64,000 nt of DNA, taken from Lama guanicoe. Lineage: Eukaryota. The stretch spans positions 29,001,138 to 29,065,137 of the forward strand of contig MU054925.1 in NCBI GenBank assembly GCA_013239625.1. Reading direction: 5' to 3'. The position numbers were made by a program, and so were the translations under genes. Below the pieces are notes generated by a model that ran no database searches, was not told the DNA's origin, and saw only the letters and a list, made by a program, of their open reading frames with translations. This document shows positions 1 to 14,074 of this stretch, in pieces (the stretch's first letter is position 1; each line of letters begins with the position of its first letter).

Positions 1-110
1 ATAAGTTATGTTCCTTATAATACTGGGGACATACTAATAAAAATTTTTTATCTGGAATTCAAATTTAACTAGATATTCTGTATTTTTCTTTGTTAAATCT
101 GGCAACCCTA
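1..110. mobile_element. MER53-like hAT MITE, right half (truncated by the window edge)
   Basis: Ends ...ttcaaatttaact..tgtatttt..aaatctggcaacccta, the MER53 terminal inverted repeat. Confidence 0.8.
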
Positions 111-581
111 CACTAAAGCCTCCCAGTACCCTCCCCTGGGCTCCCCTATTGTTGGAGCAGGACAAGTCCTGTAACCAGGCTCATCCTCCCATTTGACAGG
201 TGGGAACATTGAGGTTCAGAGATGGGGAAGTGACAAGGCCCAGACACAGCAATTTGGCTGCAGAACCAAGGGTGAACTCCTGACTCCTGGCCTAGGCCCT
301 TTACACCAAGGGAGGGGGCTCTCATCTTTTCAAACGAGCAGTGAGTGAGCTTTGAAAAACTGAGCCTTATCGCACATACAAAATTAGGGACATTTCATAT
401 TCTCTCTCTGTCAATGTCATTGAAGACATTTGATTCAGACTGTCCTGAGGTGACCTCCGAGAGCCTTTATCTCATCCCCTTGGAAAAAGGGAGGCCAGAA
501 AAACCATTTTTCTCTTTTCCTTCCAAGGGGTCTTGATGGTTGAATGGAGACATCCAAGATATCATCACATCACATCACATT

Positions 582-595
582 CCAGAAGGGGGCGC
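582..595 (+). promoter_or_regulatory. CTCF-like motif
   Basis: CCAGAAGGGGGCGC has one deviation from the core and sits next to a short (ATCAC)n repeat. Confidence 0.4.
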
Positions 596-1499
596 TCTGC
601 AGAGTGGCTGCCTGAAGCCTCAGGGCTGCTTTTAGAAGCAGAGGGACCAAGTTCGTCTCAATCCTGCCACTTACTGAGAACTTGAGCAGGGGGCAAGTTC
701 CAAAACTGGAATCTCAGTTTCCTCATCTGCAAATTGGGGCAAAGGGACAACCCTCTGCTCTGTCTGCAGGGGTGAAGATGAAAGGAGGGTCAACACGGAA
801 GTAGGTGCCCAGAACCCGGGCAGAAATCCCTTTGAACTCAAATGCCACCCCCACACGGCACTGCCCGCAGTGGCGGAGTATTTATGTCTTTTCATTGTTC
901 TGTGACCTTGAGCGGCCCCCTTAGTGATGCAGGGCCACCCCTCTCCCCATTCCCTCTACTCTGCTGGGGCTGCAAACAGAGGGCCACTAAATGCACACGT
1001 ATGTGCTCTTAGGTAATCTTCACTTTACCCAGGTGCCTTGCCTTCACTTCTCCTGGCCATTCTATAAGATGGAGATGAGAAACTCTGTTTCATTGATGGA
1101 AAAGCTGAGGCTCAGAGAGGTCAAGTGACTTGCTCAGGGTCACACAGGCTAAAGCTGGGATTTGAACACAGATGACAGATCTTTGAGGCCCCACAGCTGT
1201 ACTCTTTCCACATCGTGCCAGGATGCCTTTTTCAGGACCGAAAAGCTGACAACTCCACCATTCCCCTTGTTTTCAAGACAGCCTTTAGCTATAAACAGAG
1301 ACTTGGCAATAGACAAGAGTGAGCTCCCGGGGATGCCAAGCACCTGAGGAAAACGGGAAAATTTAGTCATCAGGCTGGGTGTTGCTAAATATTTGTGTTG
1401 TCACTGTGGTGTGGGTTCCTCCATTAGCATAAATAAAAGTCTTATATTTTGAAAGGAAAAAAAAACCCAAAGCCCTTCAAAAGCAACAACATTTATAGA

Positions 1500-1920
1500 A
1501 ACGTGTATTTCCATCTTTGGAAAGTGAGTGGGCTAAATCAACTGTGGTGCACCCTGTCCATAAAATACAATGCAACAGTGTAAAAAAGATTCGATCCATT
1601 TATATGTACTAATATAGAAGGCTCTCCGAGACAAACTGAGTGAAAAAAGCAAGTTGCAGTGCAATGTGTATAGTTTGATTCCATTTATGTAAAACAGAAA
1701 ACTCAACAAAATCATAGTTTGTATTTTCTATGGGTACATATATATGTAAATGTGTAGCAAAAGGTCTGTAAGGATCTGCTCCAAGCCCATGACGGTGGAA
1801 CGTCTAGGGAGGAAAAGGGCACTTTGATTGGTTACAGTGGTTGGGATGCTAGCTTTGCCTGAAATACTTTGATTTAACCAGGAGAATATATTCATGTTTT
1901 ACTTGAATGACTCGAAGTTT
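1500..1920 (+). mobile_element. Ancient L1 (L1ME-type) 3' fragment
   Basis: AT-rich, with aaatcaactgtggt..tgagtgaaaaaagcaagttgca..tatagtttgattccatttatgtaaaa, typical of L1M 3' UTRs. Boundaries approximate. Confidence 0.6.
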
Positions 1921-2089
1921 AATTTAAAGGGCGAATCAATATGTACTGGAAATATTACAGGTTTACTTCTGCAAATCTCTGGACGTGAACTTGGGGACAA
2001 ATATTCTGGGGTTAAAACCTTGGCTTCATCACTTACTACCCGTGTGTACTTCCACCCAAAGAAATACTTAACTACTTAACTCAGATTTG

Positions 2090-2670
2090 ACCACTCCTCT
2101 TCACCTCCTGCACTTAGCCCAGGATGACCTTAGTAGCCATCTCCTTGCTGCCACCCTCAAGCTGTTCTCCACTTAGTGGTCAGAGGGATGTTTTAAAAGT
2201 GTGAAGTGCACTGTGTGAATGTCAGGCCCTTGCTGAAGATGCTCCAAGAAAAGCCATTTTCCTGGCCAAGATCTGGAAGGCCCTGTGTAGTGTGGCTCCT
2301 GCTTTCTTCTGAAATCTTATCTTCCCCTTCCCCACCATTATTCTCCAGCGCCACCAGCCTCTTTAGTGTGGCTTCAACACAAATGCTCTCCTGCCACAGG
2401 GCCTTTGCACACGCTGTTCCCTCTGCCTGGAATGCTCTTTCCCCCATTTACACTTAACTGGGCTGAACCTGTCTCTCTTCCCCCCAGGTTGGACTCCTTT
2501 TTGAATGTTTTCGTAGCTTACTGAACATTCCTTTCATTTAAGTTATTTTAACAACTAATCATGTAATTGGTTTTTCTTAGTGTTGGACCCGCCTGCTGAC
2601 TCTAAGCACCATGAGGGCAGGGACTGCATCTGTCTTGGTCTGATACACAGTAGCTGTTCCATAAACACAT
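2090..2670 (+). mobile_element. L2 LINE 3' fragment
   Basis: cagggcctttgcacacgctgttccctctgcctggaatgctctt and ccatgagggcagggact are hallmark L2 3' motifs. Confidence 0.7.
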
Positions 2671-5600
2671 GCACAGGAAGAAAGGAGCTGAGGAGGGCTC
2701 AGTGCTTAACTCCAAAGCCATGTCTGCTGTGAAGTATTTTCAGGCTGAGGGTGGGGGTGGGGACAGAGGAAACACTCAGGGCCTCCTCCTGTGTCCAAGG
2801 CTGTGGCCTCCTCTGTCCTTGCTGACAGGAGGTATGGAGGAGCCTCCAGCCAGACACCCACACAAGGACTTGTTGGGGAAACACACATCTCCAGCCTCAG
2901 CCTCACCTTGGGGCATCCCTCACACATTCCAGTTAGGGACCTCAATTTCCTGGGGAAACCATTGGTGAGCTCCAATATCTGACATAAATGCAGGAAGGAG
3001 AGCCCTTCATCTCTATGACAGTAGCTTCTCTCACTCTTCCAAAAGGGATATTTGTGGAAGGACCGGGATGCATCTCTTAGAAATGCATTCTCCCTCACTG
3101 AAAGAATCCTGGGGTGTTGGGAGGAGGGAGGGGTGTGGGGAAGGAGGATGGTGGTGTGACAGTTATGAAGCAAATCAGAAAACCCACGAAGGGCCCAGAA
3201 AGCGGAGAGTAACTCCCTTGTGAAAGTTGTTTTAGGAAATATGTCCACATCCATGACCACATTTGGGCCATAAGACTCTGCAGAGTGTGTTTTAAGAGGT
3301 CCGTGTTGCAGATGAGGAAATCGTGGTTCACAGAGGTTCAGGGAGTGACTCAAGCCCGCACACCTAAACCTCAAAACAGTGATGGCACTACACTCATGGT
3401 TTCCCTGTGACATCATTTTGTTCTCCCCACTTGGCAGATGGGGTAAATGAGGCACAGGGAAAGAAACCTATCCTCTGGAGGTTAGCTCCAAATTTGTCTG
3501 GGTCTAAAGTCTAAGCCTGAGCCACTGCATCATGCCCCCCCAGAATGTGAACCTGGGTTTCCTCAACATAAAGAACCAGTGCAAGCTCTTCCAACCAGGC
3601 TGAATCATCCTCATGAGGGAGGCTGGAAAGGCATTATGAATTGCCCCATTTTACAGATGAGGAAACTGAGGCACAGAGAGGCGAGAAAGTGACTTTCATC
3701 CATGGCAAATCCTTAAGAGCACCGGGACTGCACTCTGGACCATCTATGGCAGCACCCTCCCTCCTTCCAGAGGAATGTTTCAGAGCCTTGCACCCTAACA
3801 TGATCTTTGCACCTGGGTCACCTGGCAGGTTTTGATCACCTGGGAGGCTGTATGGCTGGAGGCTTAAGGAGGTCTGTGGAGCAGATAGACCTGAGTTTTA
3901 ATCCTGACTTTGTCACTTTCTAGCCATATAACCTTAAACAAGTTACATAAGCCATTCTGGACCTTGGTTTCATCATTGGTACAAGGGGGATAACTGGTAC
4001 CTGTTCAGGTAATCCATAAAGCACCCAGTATGGGGCTTGGTGCAGGGAAATACCTCAATGAGTAGAAACCATTATTGGTACGATTATTACCTCCCAAGGA
4101 GCTATGACATTCGTTTTTGTGCCCGGGGTTACACCCCTCAGTCCTCAGTGACTCCATGCTGCAGCTGTAGTGGGCAGCTCCCAAGCACACTGGCCACACC
4201 CTCCACGTGCCCACCGAATCTGTCTTCTGCTTCAGGGCTTTTCCTGCAGCTGGGGGTTCACCAGGTGCCCCCAAGCAGGGGGCCCAGAAGTGCCTGGAAT
4301 TACCCAGACCACACCCAGCAGAAGCTGAGAGTCAGGAGAGATGCTCCAGCCCTGCACCAGGAAGGGACAATCCAGAGACGCGTCCCCGTGCTCCGGGCAG
4401 GGGTCTGGGGACACAGAGCCCCAGGCGCCCGCGGCAGTAACCCGCTCACCAGCACACCTCGTACTGGCATTTCTCTCCTGCCTGCCTTCCTCTTCTGGAT
4501 CTCTCCTTCCTGAGATGATTCCCAAACCCACCACCTGCACCTCATCCTTGATTCACACTCAGCTTCCGGGGAGCCTAAACCAAGGCGGGTGGGTGGGAAC
4601 TGAGCGTATAAAAAAGCCCCTGGGGTCTGGCGCCCCGTCTTGGTCTTTCTCCCATCACTGGCCCTGTGACCTCGCGAGCCTCTGCTGCTTCTCCACTGAG
4701 GGGCTTGGATCAGCCTTCTAAGGGTCCTTCTTGCTCAAAAATTCCGAGATCCTCCTGCACACTTCTCTTGTAACCGTATCATTCATTCATGAAGCCATTA
4801 AGCTTTCATGAGGGGCCTTCCAAGGCTGCTGGGTCAGCCTGTGGCCCCAAACCCAGCGGAGGGGCTGCAGACGAGGGGGGGGTAAGCCGCACCAAGTGGG
4901 GCCGGGTACGGGGCACCCCACCAGCGCTGTCACTTTGGTGGCAAACCTCTTATCCCTTCTCGCGCTGCCTCCCGTGCGCCAGCTTTCTCTCTGTCTGGCT
5001 GTTCACCTGCCCGGCTGCCCTTCTGGTCCTCCTCCTTTGGGGACCGTCCTCAGGAAGCCACCTCCGACCGGCCCCACTCTCATCTAATGGCCCCTCTATG
5101 CGGCCTCATCTCTCTTGGAAGTTACTAAGTGATATTTTAACTGACTCCTGGGATTACTTAATTTTGAACTTCTGAAAGGCCAGGGCTGTCTCTTTATTTT
5201 GTGTTCTTGGTTGTGGCTGGCACACAGTAAACACCATGTGCTTTTGGATGGAGGAAAGACGGAGAGAGGGGAAGAGAAAGGGAGGGGGGAGGGAGGGAGC
5301 ATGGAAGGGAGGGAGGAGGGGGCTCCCTGGCTGTGACGACATCTGGGGCAACAGCTATGAAGCTCACTCACGACACATACATGCAACCCTCTGGTTAAAC
5401 CGCTCGTCCTCACAGCCATCACCGGCGACACTCAGTGCTTACTTGGTGCCAGGTTCTATGCTAACTGCGCTCACATGTACGAAATCGTTTCATCCTTGAA
5501 GAGGCTCCTTGCGGGAGATACTATTATCATCCTATTTTACACACCTGGGAAGCTGGCTTGAGTCCTGTTCTGAAATAGTGCATGTGTGGCCTCATTATTC

Positions 5601-7656
5601 ATTAACTCACTCATTCACTCATTCATTCAACTGTAACTGTGCACCTTCCTGTGCCAGCCTTCCAACCCAGCACCAGTCACACACTGGTGGGCAGAAATGT
5701 CAGTTCCCACCCGCCCCGGCTTTTCTACACCCATGTAGAGACTTAACTGGGTAGTGCTGATGCCACATCCTGCCTCAACATCTTTTGGGGGCAAGAGAGG
5801 CATGCCTTTAATTTTGATCCTTGGGCTCGGAACTGTGTGGTCACAGCATCCAATGACTAACCGTGGCTCCAGCCATACCACTTTCCAGAGCTGTGTGACC
5901 TGGGGAAAATCACTCACCTTCTCTGGGCCTCTTGGGCTATAAAATGGGGGAGACCCTGCAGACCCCAGAGGGCTGAGGAGACGGTTATGTAGAGCACCCA
6001 GGGCTTGGCGTAGAGTGAGCATTGATGATTATTCCCTAAATGTATCGGTTAAGGGACATCAACTACATATAGTCAGCAGCCTTGTTCAACTCCACAGAGG
6101 AGGACGCTGAGGCTCAGGAGGTGACTGACTTGTCTAAGTGCCTGCAGCCATTAGTGGCATCACCAGGACTAGGATCCAGGTCTCGAGATGCCAAGATCCC
6201 ACGTTCCTGCTGCTCTGCGACACAGGCTTTTTTGGGAACGGATAAGCACCTGCACCACGAACCTACCAGTGGTGCTGGTGCTTCACTGAACACCGCTGGG
6301 TGTTCTTTTGTAATTTAAATGTTCTATGTGTCTCTCCAAGAACTTGACAAAGGCCACCTCTTGTTGCTGCTCCTGCAACTGAGAAGGGTCAGCAGGGCTT
6401 CTGTTTTCAGGTGCCGGGCACTTCCTGTCCAGCAGGAAGCCGGCTACTCCCCTCGTTCAGGGGGCAGGTGTGTGGTGGGCTCAGCATCGGGCCTGATAAA
6501 GATGCTAGGCTGACCGAGGCTCATGCTAATACGAGAGTGCAGTGACCGCCAGGAAAACGCACCCAGCGACCCCAACTGGAGCAGCCACTGTCATCGCCAC
6601 ATTCACCTACTGATTTGTGGCAAAACCCATGGAAGTCTCTCTCTAGAAGCCAACCTGCCACATTCTCTCTGAAGTGTTTTCTTTAGAAGTGCTTTGTTTG
6701 GGGGAGAGCGTGCTCCCTTCAGCAAGCTGTTTTGGATGTCTTGTTCACTCCCAGCACTCAAGAGGTTGCATGTCTCTGCTTTTAGGAACCTGGTTCCCAT
6801 GACACCTGAGGGCCCACAGGTCGCTGGGCCAACCCTGTGGTGCCAGTCCTGCTGGGAGGTGAGTCCACCCTCCGCAGGGGGAGAAGGGATGTTTCTCTGC
6901 TGACCAGCCATGCCCTTGCTATCAACCTGGCAAGAGCAGGGATGCTGAAACGCTGACTGCGATGCTTTCTTGGTAACTGGAACATGGCAGAGCTCTCTCT
7001 CTCCCCAGCTGTTAAGCTGACTGTGGAGGAGAGGTTGCTGGGCCTGGTCACTGGTGAAACCATAGACAGCTCTGAGGCCAGCTCTTGTCCTAGTTTGCCT
7101 GACTGTGAGCTCCCTGGCGGAGACAGTCCTGCTACCTCAAACAGAGCCCAGCACACAGTAGGTGCTCACTAAACAGGTGTGGCCCGAATGGCTGGCAGGC
7201 TACAGAGCCCGCAGGAGGAGAAGAGCATGCTCCTTGGAGTCTTCACCAAATCACAGAACGGAAGGCAGCTGAGAACAGTTGGGCTCTTCAGGAAAGTTAT
7301 CAAACTGGACCCTCAGAATATTATTCTTCATAAGAATGGATGCTTTTTCACTAATTGGAATGAATGAATAATATTGGCTGGGTGATTTTGCTTAAAAAAA
7401 GAGGTTCTTTATAAAAAAAACTTAAAGAGTTCAAGTGTTTAAACTCTGTCAGCCTTTAAATTCTTTTAAGAGAGAGTTTAAAGGCTTACACAGGGAAAAG
7501 TACATAGTTCTGACCTAGACCTCAAGTGGTTTACACCATACCTTAATTTCTAGGCCTCACTGCTCCCACCTCTGCTCCTTCAGTACCCTCTTCCCTCTTC
7601 TCCCCTGGCTTTCAGAGAGTGGCCCAGTCTGAAGGCTCCCCCTGCCACCCCTAGGC

Positions 7657-7820
7657 CAGGGCAACAGATAAGTTTCATCTTGCAAGCCACCTGTGATTGA
7701 TCAGCAGTGGCTACCTGGAGTTGAGCTTGAGGATTCTGAGCATGGGGATTGATGGGTGATGTCTGCCACAGATGTGGGTTCAGAAAGTGGGAGCTGGTGC
7801 TTTAGGTATTTGCTGTGTCT
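7657..7820. mobile_element. hAT-Charlie MITE (MER112/MER117-like)
   Basis: gtttcatcttgc..gtggctacctggag..ggattctgag..gatgtctgcca..gtatttgc. Family assigned from memory. Confidence 0.5.
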
Positions 7821-8485
7821 CTCATCCTGCCCCCTTTCTCTTTCGGTCTCTGGGCTGAGAATTCAAGGGGCCCACAAGGTAGCCCCACCCGGTTGTTTTA
7901 TTTACATCTCCAACTCGGGACATCTATGATCAACCTCTTCGTTTCCTTCAAATCTATCCCTCCTTTGGACTGTACTGACCAGCCTCCTTGGAATTTCTTG
8001 GATTTGACCTTTCTTCTTCTGTCTTGAGATCACCATCTGATATCGGGACCCTAGCATCTCTCACTTGGCTTCTCCTGCAATGGCTTCTTCGTGGATTCCC
8101 CTCCCAGAACCACCACACTGTGACCCACAGGGAGTGCTGCTCCAATCTCCCTTAAGTGCCCATTGGACTTTTACTTCCCTCCTCTGGAACATACAGTGGT
8201 TCTAAATGCTCAACAAATAGGGTCCAGCATCCTGTGTTCAACAGTTAAGACCAATCTCTCTCACTCTCTCATTCATTCATTCTTTTATTCCCCTTTCTTC
8301 TTTGTTCACAGATTTGTTAAAGAAACATTCTGTGATCGCTGCTCCCCAAATGTCAGATACGTATTGTCTCCTAGGGACACAAAGATAAATACTTCCCCCC
8401 CAGCTTCAAATCCTGCAGGGGCTGACACAGTCCTATTTTCCTGGGGAGAATCAGTCCAGTCCATGTTTTGCGAAATTCACAACCC

Positions 8486-8521
8486 TACCCAGGTTACCCA
8501 GGTTACCCAGGTACCCAGGTT
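8486..8521. repeat. Short tandem repeat (TACCCAGGT) x4
   Basis: tacccaggttacccaggttacccaggtacccaggtt. Confidence 0.85.
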
Positions 8522-8989
8522 CATTCCCTTAATGCCCATGTTTGCTCTAAGGAACTCACAGTCTGGGATGGAGACAGATGCCTGAAAAAACGAATTCTAA
8601 TCCTAGGTGATAAAATGCCACCTGAAATACCTCTCCTTCCACCTCTGGCTCCTTTTCCAGGCCTGGGTCTGCCTCCTCTCCTTTGGGATCTGCCTCGATG
8701 CCAGCCTCTCCCGGCATCTTCCTCTTCTCTCTCACACTACCCACCACTCCCTGGTAAACAGCCTGATGGCTGCTTGGGTCTATCTTCCCCCACTCCTTTT
8801 CCACCAGCTTGAGTTCTTTACCTCATCTCTATAGAAGGCAAACTGTCTGGCACACAGGAGGGCCCCATTAAGAGTTGGACTGACTCAACTCCAGTTTCTG
8901 AGTAAATCTCTCGTGAGTTCTATTTCTCCTCACTGACCTGCAATCTGATCTCTCTGACGGGCCACCCACCCATTTGCTTTGGTGCTGGG

Positions 8990-9170
8990 CTCGGGGCCAG
9001 ACTACCTGCCTCTGCCACTTACAGGTTGGGGATGTTCACCCCCAGCTGCCTTAGTTTCCTCGTCTTTAAAATGAGGGTTTTGACAGTACCTTCCTCATGG
9101 GCTTGTTTTGAAGACACAATGAGTTAATGTTTGCTCATGTGCTTAGAACAGTGTTTGGCACATGGTAACA
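8990..9170 (+). mobile_element. MIR SINE
   Basis: ctctgccacttac..agtttcctcgtctttaaaatg..gtaccttcctcat..cttagaacagtg. Confidence 0.7.
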
Positions 9171-9430
9171 GTGTGGGCCGCTATTATGGTCATAAAGGGC
9201 CTCCCCTACATGTTGGAATAGGTCCTTCTCTTTACTTTTCCTTTGGGCCTGGACCCTGGACTCTTGCTTGCACCTACTTTGTATTTTGCCCCCCTCATCG
9301 TGAGTCCCTGGGGTTCTCCTGCCTGGCTGGGAAGGTCTGGATCTTGGGGGGTTATGGAGAGGGGAGGGTGGGTGGATCTGCCACTTCTGTCTAGGAAGAA
9401 TCATCGCCCCCACCACTCACTGGGTCACAC

Positions 9431-9449
9431 CTGGTTGCTTAGCAACCAG
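9431..9449. promoter_or_regulatory. Perfect palindrome containing an RFX X-box
   Basis: CTGGTTGCT-T-AGCAACCAG, with core GTTGCTTAGCAAC. Confidence 0.45.
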
Positions 9450-11899
9450 CAACACACATCTCTGCCTCGGCTTGCAATTATAGGGGAAACAAAATGTTCC
9501 CGATGAACCCTCAAATCACATTCCATTGAGTTCTGTTCAGCCTGAGGCCCAGCAACAAAACCAAAAGGAATGGAACAAAGCACCTAGAACTTTGGAGGGC
9601 AGGGCACTGTGCTAGGAGACTAGGGCTGAGCTTCTGGCCATGCAGAGCCCTGGCTGGCAGAGAGAGGCAGAGACCCCTCACACAGGTCTGGGTTCAAAAG
9701 GTGGCCCTGTCACCTCCTCACTGGCTGAGTCATATCCCTTCTCAGTGCCTCTGTCTCTCCTCACCTGCTGGAGTGAGGATTTGGTACGGGCTCTGCAGGG
9801 CCTGGCAAGAATGCACGAGATAATGCAGCGTGACCCTCTCCTGTTCTCAGCCCTCCTCCTCAGGCCCCACTTCCGAGCCTCTGCCCACACTGTCCTCTCA
9901 CTCCACCCGGCAGCCTCCCTTTCATTCCCCAGGTCCTCTCTGCCTCCTGGTCCCAGGAGCTCTGTTATTCCTCCCCAGGCCCTTGCTTATTTCCTCCAGA
10001 ACCCTGGTTACGATGGACGATCTCAGTCATGACTCCATTTACTTGGGTTTTTCTTGCCACCTGCACTTGAATGCAAACCCCAAAGAGGCAGTGACATTTT
10101 TTGTTTCGTTCACTGCAGTGTCTGTCCCATGGGGCCTAGAACTATGTGGAACACATAGTAACTGCTCAAGAAACATCTACTGCATGAATAAATCAGCAAA
10201 TGAAAGCGCTCTCCTGATGCCTGGCGCTTAGTAGGTGCTTGTAAGCCTTCTCTCTTTTGTTTCACTTCAGGCTTTTCTGTAAAGGGGGTTGGCCAACACC
10301 CTTAAACCCTGTCCTGCTTGGTCCTGCAGCTACTGGAGGCAATTCTGAGGTATTTATAGCAAAAGGTAAAAATATCCACTAACTGAGAAACAGGCTAGCA
10401 TTAACTCATCATTCTTGGCACTTTTCAGGGACAGAACTTCAGGACAGAGCTGGCAGGATGTGTCGCAAGAAGCTCTGAAATGAAACAGGGAGAGGAAAAA
10501 GATCTGAGGGCATCTGGGAAACACTTAGAGAGTTGGGGCTTGGGCTGGGCAGGCCTGGGTCTGGATGTCACCTCTGTAACCTGTTGACAAGTGACCTTGG
10601 CACACTGCGCCTCGGGTTCCTCGTTTGTAAAATGGTGATAATACTGAAAAGAGATCCCAAACCTAAAAGGCAAGTCCTCCCACCCCTCGCCCCCCTGCAG
10701 TGCTCAGAATTAAACTTCAGGCCTGGGACTCACCGCAGCCCAAGGGTGGTCTCCATCGGCCTCCCACACTGTGGCTGTACTTTCTTCATTACTGGGCCCA
10801 GGCCTGAAATGAGGCTGGCTCCTGGAGACGGCAATTGTTAGGACAATTTAGGAAACCTTTGGGGGGCGACAGAAAAGCTGGCAGTTCCCGATCAAACAGT
10901 CGGCTGTCCTGGGAGCCGGTTGTCAGAACATCAGAGGGATAGTTTTGCAGCTGGGCCTCACGTTAACTGCAGCTGTCAAAAAACGGATGATTCCAATCCC
11001 CAGTGTTCACTTGCTCAAAAATTTCTCCTCGTCGGGGTAATTAGATCTCCCAGGACTTCAAGAGGATGCTGGCGGCTTCCCGCCAGCTCACACGTCCTTG
11101 AGGCTGGCGAGGGGGCTGCAGGATGTGCATCTCTATTAGTCAGATCACAGCCCTTCCTGGGCTGGCACCTTCCTCTGGGACTGGACCTCCAGGTGGGGCT
11201 GAAAGGGACATACTTTTACGTATAGAAATAGCAGAAACGTGGGGAAGGCGGCCTGGGGCTCTCGTAGGGAGGTGGTGGAGACATTGCTGGCGGCTTTGGC
11301 CAGGGTTAGATTCTCCCTCTCAAGTGGAAGGAAAATGCTTTATCCTTTTAGGAGTTAAACCAAATTCTGGTAATTTACAAAGCTACCCTCAGCATTCTAC
11401 AGTTTGCCTCTGCAGGGATTTTTTTTTTTTTTTCTCTGCAGTGCGGCTTGCTTAGGATTTTCCACTTTTTCTCACGGAATACTCATGGCTTCTTGGGAGT
11501 TGGTTCTCTCCCAGCTCATAGCTCCAGCTTCTAACAGACGAGGAGGCTCTTTTTCTGACATTGTGATTTCCCCAAACACATCCCAGCAAGGACAGAGGCA
11601 GGGAAAGTGGCGCAGGACTGGGAAAGTGAGGAGACCCAAGTCCTAACAGTCACCCACACACTGTGTAACCCCACTCAAGTCCTCTATGAGTCTTAGTCTC
11701 TTTAGTATAAAATGGGAGGTTGAAAATGCTCATCTTCCAGGATAGCCATGACATAAAGAGAGATCATGAAGGTTGTAGGGCCTGGAATAGTGCCCAGTGG
11801 AGCCCAAGAAAAGGACAGAGGGGATCCAAAAACACTGGGGAGCAGGAGCCCCACCAGAACTCACCCTCAGTCAATCATGGAAAGCAATTCTCAGACAGT

Positions 11900-12170
11900 C
11901 AGCGTATCAGCTGAGCCTCAGGTTAAATGTCACCTCTGCAGGGAAGCCCTCCTTGACTGCCCATCTAAGCTGCCCCTCCCCCTCGTCACCCTCAGAGCCC
12001 TCATCCACCTGATATTCTCTTGTTCATTTATTTGTTTCTGTATTTTTTGCTGGACTCCTGTAAGCTTTGCGAGGGTGGGATCTTTGTTCACTGCTATATC
12101 CCCAGCACCTGGGACAACATTTAGCATTAAGTAGGTGTTCAATAAATGCTTCATTAAAAGACAGATGAAT
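11900..12170 (+). mobile_element. L2 3' end
   Basis: aaatgtcacctctgcagggaagccctcc..tgttcactgctatatccccagcacct..gtaggtgttcaataaatg. Confidence 0.7.
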
Positions 12171-14074
12171 TAATAAAGGAATGCAGTGATTTTCTGCTAG
12201 GGGATGATGTATCTCACCAGAGGATGTGTCAAAATTCAGTGGGGGACAGTAAGGAGCAGAGGATTTATAGTCTCAACATTATAATTATTACCATTTACTT
12301 TCACTTACAATCTTTAATTTGTTCTGGAATCCCAAGTGGCATTAATGGGGAGGCAAGTTCTGTAGTTTTAAAGGAAGCTGTGGGTTTCTATGGGCTGGAC
12401 ACTCTGATCTTCTGTGGGCCCAGTTGCCTGTCCTTGAGGACCCTGCCACAGGGAGTGGCTGGATCACGCCAGGCCTGCAGGCCACAGTGAGGGGTTTAGA
12501 TGCCAAGAGCTGTGGGAGGCACTGGTTTTGAGCACGTCTGACTCATGTTTAAGTTGACTTTGGCCACTGTGGGGAGAAGAGCTTGGAGGGGGAGAAGCTG
12601 AAAAAGGAAGGGGCTTATATATCCATTATTCTCACTTAATCTTCCTAACAATCCTGTGGTAGGCATAGCTAAATTCACTTTTCAGATGGGACACTGAAAC
12701 ACAGAGAGGGCAGGTGATGCACCAGATGTCACACAGCAAGTGAGCAGAGGAGCCAACATCGGACCCTCAGTGGTGCTCCATGTCTAGGCCCTGCCAAACG
12801 GTTCCAGGGCTGATAGCTCTCAACCTCCGGCTCTGGAATTCTGGGCTCATCTTTTATAGCCCATGAGGCCCAAGCCTGGGGACCCTGAGAACCTTGCTGA
12901 CCAGTAGGAGGCAGATAAGTGAGACCCGGGAATCAGGATCAAGTTCTTGGCTGCCCCATTGGCAGATCAGGTGTCTGTCTGTCCCCCAGCCCAGCCTCTC
13001 TCTCTCATATTTGGGCCTGAGCGCCAGTGTGTCTTAGAGTCACTTAAAACACCCAGGCTTCTGAGCCAGAGTCCTGGTGCCACTGTGCGGGGAGTACAGA
13101 GTCCTAAGGACACTCCCCACCATTGACAGATGGTTAACAGGACGAGGATGTGTCCTCATCCAGGCCCGGGCTTTACTCCCACAGCTGTGTGCCTTGGGCA
13201 AGTCAGTCATCTCTGCTGTGCCTCAGCTTCCTCAACTGCACAATGGGGATAACGCTGGCATCTAGGTGTGCTGCTGGGTGCAAGGTCATTGCCGACGTGG
13301 CTGTTATTGGAGGACGCATCTCCCCACGGGTTCCCTTCTACATCGGATCTCCGGGATCATCCGGGATGCCCCATGCTCAGCCTTCTGCTGGTCACTGGAT
13401 GACCCCCATTAAGGGGCAGCGGAGAAGCTCAGGCTCTGGGGTGGGGGTCTGGTTCTTCACCTTGGCCGTCTGTGGCCATGAGCCGGGGACATGTGGCTAC
13501 AAGAGAGATCCAGCATCTTCTTGGAAGGTCAGTGGTGCTCCCGGTACATCACAGACTCATGAGAATTAGGAAGCCCACTCTGCCAGCAATTCTGAGCTTA
13601 GGCCAAAGCCTTCAGGGGTACTTCCCTCGTATGTGGGCCACTGCAGACCCCCAAGGGTCCCCATTCACCCTCATGTGCCCACAGGGCTATTTGAGAAGTC
13701 TCTGCCCTAAGACACTCTCCCCATGGGGTATCTGTGTCCTCTTGGGAGAATCTCTAGGGTGGACTCAAGCCGTGTGGCAGAGGGTTTAGTTCCTTTACCT
13801 CCCTCCCTGGAGCAGGTGGGGGCTGGCCTGGGCAGGTGTGAGGGGGGCTGTGGCTGCTCTGAGCCCCTGTACCTCTCCTGGCTGTGCCCTTCGGTTCATT
13901 GTTCTCAAGATTAAGCCCTGGATTCTCTTTAAAGACACTAGGATTTAAAGCAATAACAACATTTAAAATAAAAGAATAAATAAGCTATCATAAGAGAAAA
14001 AATACAACTTAGAGAAATTATCAGAAGCAAAACAGAAGCAGGTGTTGGGTCTTGGCCATCCAGTGGCATTCTTT

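Noticed and set aside
2706-3455. 249-aa minus-strand ORF (also 20468-21115, 39216-39860, 57396-58013)
   Set aside because: No recognisable domains, non-ATG starts or partial overlap with repeats in several cases; such lengths are expected by chance in GC-rich intron.
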